Shown piece by piece: positions 54,549 to 64,000 of a stretch of DNA of 64,000 nt. Both the position numbers and the translations under genes were made by a program. Position 1 is the first letter of the stretch. Each line of letters starts with the position of its first letter. The DNA is from the human T2T-CHM13v2.0 reference genome, Homo sapiens: assembly GCF_009914755.1 (NCBI RefSeq), contig NC_060945.1; one strand, written 5' to 3'. The notes beneath the pieces are model-generated. The model did no database searches and was not told the origin of the DNA. It worked only from the letters and a program-made list of their open reading frames with translations.

Positions 54549-56192
54549 CTAGGTGACCACTGACAGAACTATCTTGTGGAATAAGCAATGGTGAAATGCA
54601 CAGACCTTTTTATTGGTTGGACGTTTGCTCAGGGGATTCTAGGAAAACCAATCATTTCACTGCTGCAATCGGTGGATGCATTTATAAGGAGCTCACGGAT
54701 TGGTTGAGTAATAGAACCTCTTAGAGGAGACCTGTCCAGTCAAGTGAGGAAATTATACACCTAAATCAGAGCCCACCCCTTCCCCTCTTGCTGCATGTTA
54801 TGGTCACTCTTTGGGTGCCAGGAACCATTTTATTCAAATCTCTCAGAGTCATCACCTCTCTGCTGGCAATGGCTGGGTGGGCACTACAAAGACATTTTAG
54901 GTATTTGGGACAAAATCGGCTCCTTCAGAAAGCAGGATGCCCGCACCTGCTAGAAAGGAGGCAGTGACCATTGGATTTCCCTTTGTTAAAGATGCCAATT
55001 TGGTTGCCAGTTCTCTACTGAGCAGTGGAAACTGAGGAACCCTACCTCATACCTGCCCCGAGAGAGAGACCTTAGACCACACCTGAGGGCTGGTAGGAAC
55101 TGCATTTTGTTAAGAAAGAACCGCATTTCCGGAAGGCATGGAGGGAGAGATGAAGGCCCAGTGTGTTGTGAGGTTTCTTGCCCCTGGGTTGGGCAATTTA
55201 GATCAAAGATCTTCCAACTCCTGTCTTTTTTGTAAGTTGAAAGCTCTTTGAACCTTCTTTTCTTCAAAGGCATTACCTACTTTTTTTTTTCAAAGGTGAT
55301 TATAGCTATTATGATTGCCTCTTAATAGTTTCTCTTTCTTTGAAAGAATTTGGTTTAAATAAATCTACTTAAGCCATGTTTCAAATTAACTAGAATTACC
55401 AGGAGTAAGATTTGATTTAATCAGGAGGTTTTTTTTCCCTTTCAAAAAAAGCAGTCTGATGTCTGGTAAGTTTAATCTTAAAATGGAAGAGCTGCAACTT
55501 AGGAGAGTTTTGCACTTCAGTATTCCAAAACAGGTTCACTTGGGCGTTTTGTGAGATTCATTCTGTAGCTCTCAGAAAATTGAGTCGTCGTTGGTTGATA
55601 TATTTACCAAACCTAATTGAGACAGACCCATGTGACATTGCTGGGAGGTGGCCTTCTCTCAAGTTCCACAATTCCAATTATAGGCAGATGTGTACAGTTT
55701 TAATAATTTCAATTATGAATGTGAAGCAAACTGGTTGTTTCTCTACAAATATATTTTAAATCAAACCCTTTTGGCTAGATCAACATAAGTTGCTTAACAT
55801 GCAGATTCTCTCTCTTCCACCTCCCAGATCCTCTGCTAAGTTTTCTTCTTGAAACTGTGCTCAAGATAAGGCCAGACTGTTCCCAAACTTGCCTGGGATG
55901 GTGGAGGGTGATCTGGCCTCTTATCTCTCTCTCTGCCCTCTTCTGAGAACAAGTCCTTCTTTCTGGACCTCAGGTCTCAGGGTGGTGAGGAAGTGAACAG
56001 ATCGAGGCAGCCCTTTGCTGTGAAGGGACTGCTTTGAGATTAGGAACAGAGTCTTTTGCTTTGATCTCAGAAGTTTAGAGATAACAATTTCCAGGACTCT
56101 GATGAAATTGGGCCTCCCCAGCTATTATTGTGTTTATTTGATGGTGCTGTCTCTCACAGTAGGTGCTCCTCACACATTTGTTTGTTCATTAA

Positions 56193-56681
<489 letters not shown>

Positions 56682-58226
56682 TAAGGTGGGAATCCAGAGA
56701 CAGTCCCACACCCATGACTCCTGAAGGACTTATCTGGGACAGGGTTTGTGGGGTCTATGGGTCTGGCTGGGTTGATGGGAAAGGAAATGGGGTGTGGGGG
56801 GAGGGTTGGGGAGGGAAGAGTAAGGGAGTCAAGGAGGAGAAGGGGAGGGAGGTTAAGGGAGAAATATGGAATCATAAAAAAACAAAAGAAGAGCTCAGTG
56901 TTTGGACATGCAGCATGCCTGGTTGGTTTGCTTGCCATTCCCTCTTATAGTTTGGGCTGAAGAGTCTGGGTGATATTTAGAGTCTTCAAGAGTTTTCTGA
57001 GCTCTGCTTAGATGAGATTCTTTTTAGAAAAGCTTAACGCAATGACTTTTGGAAAACATTTTGGCTGTGACATCTTGATCCATGGTGTGCAATTAACTTC
57101 ACAGACTGGACTGTATTTCTCCTTCCCTGAGATTTCCTACAACGTTCCTAATGGTCATGTGCCTTGCAGGTGGAGACATGTTAGAGTGAGGTGAGAATAC
57201 ATTCGTGAAACTGGACATAAATACTGCCGATTGAGAAAGTGCGAGAGTTTTGTTCAAGACTGGAAGCCTGTCTCTGCCTGAGCCCTGCAGCCCGAGTCTT
57301 CTGTTTGTGGGGGATGGACCATAATATTTACATTGAAGTTCAAAGGATGAGCTGCGATCTTAATTCTGAGATCAACAAAGATTAAGGAAAGATTCAGATG
57401 AGGGCATAACAGTAACAGCTCTTTAATTACCTGTCAGTTTCAGTATCTTTAAGATCAAAAGATAAACATGGCGCAGAAGGCATAATAGACCCAAAGTCAC
57501 TCGATGCAGTGGGCTTTCTCCCCCCTCTTCCTGGGCATCTTAATCATCCAGGAACAAAGCAGTGCCATGAGGTCGCTTAGTCTAGTTTGCATTGCCATCT
57601 TTCTGGTGCTACTTTTCCAGCCAGCATTCAGGGTTGTTTAAACTGTTGGGTGTATTTTTCCCCTCTTCAAGTCACTATATGTGCTGCATAACTTAGGGGG
57701 AATTTTTAAAAGACTTTCATGAAACGAAAACATTCAGCTGAAAAAGTCAACTGTAAGTGGCTGGATTGCATGTCACTGAGGGTGACACAGGCAGCCAGAG
57801 AGAATCAATCTTCCCTCATCTTTTCCCCACTTGGCAGCTTGGGAGCTAACTCAAATCCCCTCTGCTTGTTCTTTCTTCCTGCCTTCATCCTAGAAAGCGA
57901 ATTCTCTCTTTTTTTCCTGGATGACTCATTTAAAAGATTGGATGGAAATAGGTTTTAGTTCAGCATACTGTTTGCTCTAACTGGCTTTAACAGTGAGGCC
58001 CGATGTCAAATGCTCTCAGCTAAGCCAGGGAATTCTTTTGCCTTGAGTCTCGTATCCAGACGTTATGGTTTGCAGCTGCTACAGTTTTCTTTAGGATGCT
58101 AAATGATGTGTTAGCCTGAGAGAATGTTTCCTTTCCTGCTGCCCTTTTTATTTTTCCTTTTGTTCCTCCCTCTTCATTTCCGCAGTTTTCTAATTCGGAG
58201 CTTGTTTTGTTCACCTCTCTTTGCAG

Positions 58227-58362
58227 ACTTTGGTTTGAGCAACTGCGCAGGGATCCTGGGTTACTCGGATCCGTTCAGCACACAGTGTGGCAGCCCTGCC
58301 TACGCTGCACCTGAACTGCTCGCCAGGAAGAAATACGGCCCCAAAATCGATGTCTGGTCCAT
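58227..58362 (+). CDS. HUNK: HUNK coding exon (probably exon 4), 136 bp, (D)[44 protein letters not shown]
   Basis: Acceptor ctctctttgcag (AG at 58225-26) and donor CAT|gtgagt at 58363. Phase 1 completes the DFG motif. Contains the activation loop TxCGSPxYxAPE typical of AMPK-related kinases. Confidence 0.96.
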
Positions 58363-58814
58363 GTGAGTTATCAAGCTTCTGAAAGTCAGTGTTCCTCCTG
58401 CTGTCTCCACCGTGCCTTCCTTATGAAATCATGCCTGAGTATTGGATGGCATGTATAGGTGACAGGCCCAGGAGTATGTCATCAGGGATTCTTTGGGGCC
58501 TGGCTTTCCATCTCTGTTCCTTCTGTTTTTTTCTGCACAAACTGTCAGAGTGGCCTTTACCAAAATTCACTGCGGTGCTGAGAAGAGAAGAAAACCACGT
58601 CCTGCCCTCACAGAGCTCACATTCTGGCTCTGCGACTCATTTATGCCCCATCCTCCTGCCCTTAGCTTCCCATCGCCCTCTGTGTGAAGCTCCATCCTGC
58701 TGCCTGGCCTGTGCTCCTTGCGGGACTTGCTCGCCCATCTCTCCTACCCCCTGTCCTGCTCACAGTTCTTCAGACATATTGACCTCCCTTTTGTCGCTCC
58801 CACCTCTGGGCTTG

Positions 58815-59104
58815 TTTTTTTTTGAGGCAGAGTCTTTCTCTGTCGCCCAGGCTAGAGTGCAGTCGTGTGATCTCAGCTCACTGCAACCTCCCCTTCCCAG
58901 GTTCAAGTGATTACCCTGCCTCAGCCTCCCAAGTAGCTGAGATTACAGGCATGCACCACCATGCCCAGCTAATTTTTGTATTTTTAGTGGAGACGAAGTT
59001 TCACCATGTTGGCCAGGCTGGTCTCAAACTCCTGACCTCAGGTGAACCACCCGCCTCGGCCTCCCAAAGTGCTGGCATTACCGGCATGAGCCACGCGCCC
59101 GGCC
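58815..59104 (-). mobile_element. Alu (S family)
   Basis: Reverse dimer directly upstream of the 38-bp VNTR. Confidence 0.95.
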
Positions 59105-59149
59105 GTTCACTGGTGATGCCTGGAATGTCCTTTCCCAGCTCTTTGGATG

Positions 59150-59605
59150 GCCTGCGGATTCCCACATCCCATTCTCAAGCCAGTGGCACCTGCACATTCC
59201 CACATCCCATTCTCAAGCCAGTGGCGCCTGCGCATTCCCACATCCCAGGCTCAAGCCAGTGGCGCCTGCGCATTCCCATATCCCAGTCTCAAACCAGTGG
59301 CGCCTATGCATTCCCACAGCCCATTCTCAAGCCATTGGCGCCTGCGCATTCCCACATCCCAGGCTCAAGCCAGTGGCGCCTGCGCATTCCCACATCCCAG
59401 TCTCAAGCCAGTGGCGCCTGCGCATTCCCACATCCCAGTCTCAAGCCAGTGGCGCCTGCGCATTCCCACATCCCGGGCTCAAGCCAGTGGCGCCTGCGCA
59501 TTCCCACATCCCGGGCTCAAGCCAGTGGCGCCTGCGCATTCCCACATCCCAGTCTCAAGCCAGTGGCGCCTACGCATTCCCACATCCCATTCTCAAGCCA
59601 ATGGC
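59150..59605 (+). repeat. Minisatellite/VNTR, 12 x 38-bp unit (consensus GCCTGCGCATTCCCACATCCCAGTCTCAAGCCAGTGGC)
   Basis: Units read directly; 456 bp = 12 x 38. Confidence 0.97.
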
Positions 59606-61836
59606 GTCACTGCCGAGATCATTTCTGAGCTCCCTGCCAGGGAGTCCCCCGTACTCTGTCCTCACCCTTTTAATTTCGTTCTCGGCACCTCTCAATGCCT
59701 GTCCTTTTCCTGTTTTAAATCCATTCCTCTCCTGTCTCCCCAGCCAGCAAGGACTCTGCACGAAGGGAGGGAATTGGTTGGTCTGGTTCACCATTTTGTT
59801 CCCAGGGTCTGGTACAGGAAGGGCCACCAGGGGTAAGCACAATAAATATTTGGAGGATGAATCCTCAGTTGCACCAAAGGTAGAGCCTGGGTCCCCCATG
59901 GTCCCAGTGAGTCACCCCCTCCACCATCCCCTGTCAGTGATGGTACAGGGTCAGTTCAGAGTCTTGGATTCTTGGATAGGACTCAATCCTTTGCCATAGG
60001 GAAATGGGCTGTAGAGAGAGTGAGGTTCTGATTAAGATATAGACGAGAAAGACTCGTTTGCGTGAAGGGTGTGTTGATCCGGAGTATTTCTGGAATTCCC
60101 CTGCATCTCTTCATATTCACTGTAACCCCCTTGTCCAGGTTGGCAGAAAAGCTAACGCTTACTTAGTGCTTGATGTGTGCCAGACACCATGTCACTTAGT
60201 TTCACAATGACCCAGTGCAATCATTACTCTCTATTACCCTATTTTATGGAAGAAGAAACCCATCATAAGAGAAATGAATAAAATCGCCCAAGGTCATAGA
60301 GCTGCTAAGTGGTAGAGTGGGATTTGAACCAAGCAGTGTCCTTTCAGGGTCTCAAGATACAGCCCCAGCTCTCCAACGTGGCGTGTGGGGACCCTTGCTT
60401 GCCCTGTGGCCTCGCTGAAGGCATGCCCACTCCCCTCCTCTCCCCATCCATTCTCTGGCTAACCTGGCATTGTTTCCTATTCCCTGAACACAGCCTGCTC
60501 CTGCTACATTCCAGCCCTTACATGCACAGTTCCTTCGGCCTGGAACCCTCTCTTTTTCCCTCTTGTGTTGTTGGGTGCAGGTTCCTCTGGGCAGCCCTCT
60601 GTGTCTCCAGCTGGCTGGCTTTGAGGCCCTCCCATGTACCCTCCAGTGCCTGGCTATCTGTGTTCCTGGGCCTCACCGTGAGGTCTCAGTCCACCTGCTG
60701 GAACCCTCTGGGCTGTAGCTGAGGGGGCAGGGACCACTTGGCTCACTCCCAGGATTTCCTCAGCACCTGGTGGAACTTGGAGGAAGGGAGGGAGGAGAAA
60801 AAGGAGGTGGGAAGGAGGAGAGAGGAAGGAGAAAGGAAAGGAAGGACGGAGGGAGGGAGGAAGGAAGAGAAAAGGGAAAGAGGGACAGGAGGAAGGAGCA
60901 GGCATTTCATCCAGGGAAACAGAAGCTGGAAGGTCAGGGCTGAAGCTGGCTGAGAAAGCAAGCAGAGGAATGTGGGTCAGCTCAAGGCTCTAGAAGCGAG
61001 ATGAGCTCAGGATGTTCCGGTTGGAGATTGAGAAGAAACAGACCAGAATGAGATGTGGAGAGATAAAGAATTCCTGGAACTTTCCCAGAAGGGGCCGACT
61101 CTTCTGGAACCCTGGCTAAGAGGACCTGCTTGTCAGCGAGGAGGTGAAACACGTCAGGAATCAGCTGCTGCTCCTGAGCGGGCTGGGTGCCCTGGTTAGT
61201 CACCCCTGAACCTCAGGGCAGTCCTGTGAGACACATCTCTTGCCCCCAGTTTGCACGGATAGAAGAGAGTGGTGAGCACTGCCTAGAGGCACACACGAGC
61301 CCGAATGTAGTGGAGCCGCACTTTGCTGAAGGCTGGGCTCCCAGTTACTTTGCAGGTGTGGTCTGGTGTGCAGGCTGCATATGGGGTGTGTGTGGTGTGC
61401 TGATGACGGGCCCAGGTGGGCTGGGGTCATGTGGAGCTAGTGGAATGGAGCAGGGAGCAGCAGAGGATGCCTTCTCTTCTAGGGCATTGCTAGTCATAGA
61501 CTTCACTTCTGAGAAGGCCTCTGAATCCCCCTCAACACAGCCCCTCCCGGCAGCTAATGCCAGTGGATCAGAGTTGTATATGGGAGGAAATCCATTATGG
61601 ATTTCTTCCAACCCTTAAGAACTCTCAAAGGTGTCTGGCACACTGTCTTCCCTCAATAAATATGTATTGAGTGGATGAATATGAATATGTGGGTCTATAA
61701 TCACTTTCTTAACAGTTAGAGAAGTCATTTATGCTAAATGGGAAGCTATGAGAGGAAGAATTTGTGCACACACACACACACACACGCACACAAAAGCACA
61801 AAAGGCTATGGGAGCCTGAAAGACCAAGAGGTCCCC

Positions 61837-62077
61837 TGTCTTAGTCTGTCTTTTGTTGCTGCAAAGGAATACCTGAGGCTGGGTCATTCATAAGGAAAAG
61901 AGCTCTATTTGGCTCATGGTTCTGCAGGCTGTACAAGAAGCATGGTGGCAGCATCGGCTTCTGGTGAGGCCCCAGGCCGCTTCCACTCATGGTGGGAGGT
62001 GCGGGGGACCAGTGTGTGCAGAGATCACATGGTGGGAGAGGAAGCAAGAGAGAGGGGAGGTGCCAGGCTCTTTGTAA
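61837..62077 (-). mobile_element. MaLR LTR fragment (MSTB-like)
   Basis: tgtcttagtc...ggaatacctgaggctgggt...ggctcatggttctgcaggctgtacaagaagcatgg. Confidence 0.82.
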
Positions 62078-64000
62078 TGATCAGCATGTATTGACTCATC
62101 CTATCTGCCTAACAACCCTTCAAGGTAGTGCTGTATTACTCCCAATTTAAAGGTGTGGAAACTGAGGCATGAAAGACCTCAGCCACTTGCCCCCATGACA
62201 CAGCCAGCGTGTGACAGAGCCACGATTTGACCTACGTGGTTTGCCCTAGGCCCCTGAATCACCACCCTCTACTGCATCTGTGATGTTGTACTTCCTCTGG
62301 TGGGGTTTACATGCTAGTGGGACAAACAGCTGGTATTTTAAAATGCTATAAACTGAGTGTGGTAATGGCTGTGGAGGAAGTGAGAGGGATTCAGGGAACA
62401 AGATGGAGTGGCCTCTTGAGGAGATGACTTCAAAGCCAGATCCTAAGAATGAGAAGGAACCAGCTATGGGAAGAGGAAGGTGTCAGGGAAGAAGGCCAGG
62501 AAAGGTCAAAAGTAAACTGGTGAGAAAAAAAACCAGATTCTTTTGTTATGGCAACCCTAGCACATATGGCTGCACAGCTGGGTTAAGTCAGGAAGGCATC
62601 TGTAGTCAAGTATGATCTGTTCCTCAAAGATGAGTGGAGACGGCCAGGTGGAGAACAGGTGGGGAAACGTTCCAGGCAGAGGGAACAGCATATGCAAGAG
62701 GCTGGTAGGTGTGACACATCTGATTTCTCTTCCTCTTAATTTTGGCGAAAACATAAAACTTCAGCACCTTTTAAGAGATGAATTTCCTACTGCTTTGGGG
62801 TCTGAGCAAACTTTCTATCTGTGTAAACTTGGGGTCTGATTTTGTGTCTGAGATACAAGTTAGGTTTCTGTTTGGTGCCCATGACTTTGCTGGCAGAAGT
62901 GGAAATGGAAAACCAAAATTGAATTTAATGTAGAAGGCTGTTTAAAATGAGAGTGAAAATGGAACCGATTTTCTTGCTGGGTTAGACACTGTTATTATAA
63001 AATGGCTTCTCTCTTTATGGCTCAGAAACAAAAACAGAATGAAGAGTTCACTTCCAAAAAAGCAAACTCCCCTCCCTGGAGGCTTTGGACCTGATGGATG
63101 GCAGAGACTTTATCCACAACTTCTGAGATAGATTTAGGAAGAAAATCAGCCTGTCATTGAAAGAAACCTTGGGAAAGAAAGCTCTTCCCTACAAATAGGG
63201 CCCCCAGGACCCTCCGCTAGTGAAGCCATAATTAACAATGGAAATGGGAAATGGCGCGCTTTCTTGGGGGTTTGTATTTCTTGGGGGTTTTCCATTATTT
63301 TCAATGGTGGTTATTTTCAAGACCGTAAAGAATAGCTGTAAAATAATTCACTTCTTTCCTTTACCCCAGATTATATGTATAAATATATATATATATATAA
63401 AAATAACATATAGATGTGTGTGTCTCCAATGAACTTTGAGGTTTCAGACACAAAAACCAAAAATATTCATTCTGGTGCATTGAACTTTTATTACTGTGAA
63501 TTGACTTTTCCTCAGAGTGACATATATGCTAATTTATAACAACTTTAATGCAGATGTGCTTTTTAATTGAAAAGAATCAAAATTAACTTTATCTTCAGAA
63601 TATTACAATACTCATGTGCAACCTTCAGTGAATCCCTACTGGTAAGGAAAACAGAAATTGAGAGTTCTATACCGAGAAGATTGAGAATGCAACGTTGTTG
63701 GACTAAAGCTGTCCTTTGCTCTCATGGGGGTCCCTGGGATGGATGGGTGAAGTATTTGCGTGAGGGCCTGGTGCCTCCTGGAGAGTCACACACAACACAC
63801 TCAGTCCACCTTCCTAGCTCAGTGAATCTGTTTTCACATAGTGGAAAAAAAAATCCCTGTCTCCAGTGCTGTACCTGTGGGTGGACAACTCGGCCAAGAG
63901 GCACCATGTCTCCAAATAGCTCTCCTGTCTCCATATAGAACTGGGTGTTCAGGAGGGAGAGTGAGAGAATTTGTTCTAGGCCTCAGACTCAGTGTTTTGT

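Noticed and set aside
54610-54706. Three CCAAT/ATTGG boxes within ~90 bp
   Set aside because: Orientation and spacing are irregular. It may be an unrecognised old LTR fragment, and support is insufficient.
59150-59605. CRISPR-like appearance of the regular repeats (also 31248-31423)
   Set aside because: The units are head-to-tail with no unique spacers, and the DNA is human intron.
58822-59999. Three long overlapping ORFs (268, 229, 246 aa) with repeated peptides
   Set aside because: They come from an antisense Alu plus the stop-free 38-bp VNTR, which cycles through all three frames. There is no independent coding signal.

Overview
Human (primate) genomic DNA from inside the HUNK gene (hormonally up-regulated Neu-associated kinase, an AMPK-related Ser/Thr kinase; recalled as chr21q22.11), read on the + strand. 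The window holds three internal coding exons: 36651-36943, 52355-52410 and 58227-58362. They splice in frame through GT-AG sites to give the kinase subdomains from VAIK through HRDLKIEN, DFG and APE to DVWS. The other ~99% is intron, with about 35 Alus, nine MaLR LTRs, two ERV1-type LTRs, old L1/L2/MIR fragments, DNA-transposon MITEs, microsatellites and two minisatellites. Nearly all ORFs in the supplied track are Alu or low-complexity artefacts. I see no new gene or multi-gene system. The most interesting local structures are: (i) a 12 x 38-bp VNTR after the third exon that multimerises NRF1 and RBPJ consensus sites; (ii) a ~145-bp inverted duplication enclosing an Alu; (iii) a UG-repeat cryptic-exon/recursive-splice architecture just upstream of the first exon in the window; (iv) a ~55-bp templated insertion apparently copied from 2.1 kb away; (v) several unusual Alu arrangements. 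Repeat subfamily names are from memory of consensus sequences, not a RepeatMasker run, and repeat boundaries are approximate.
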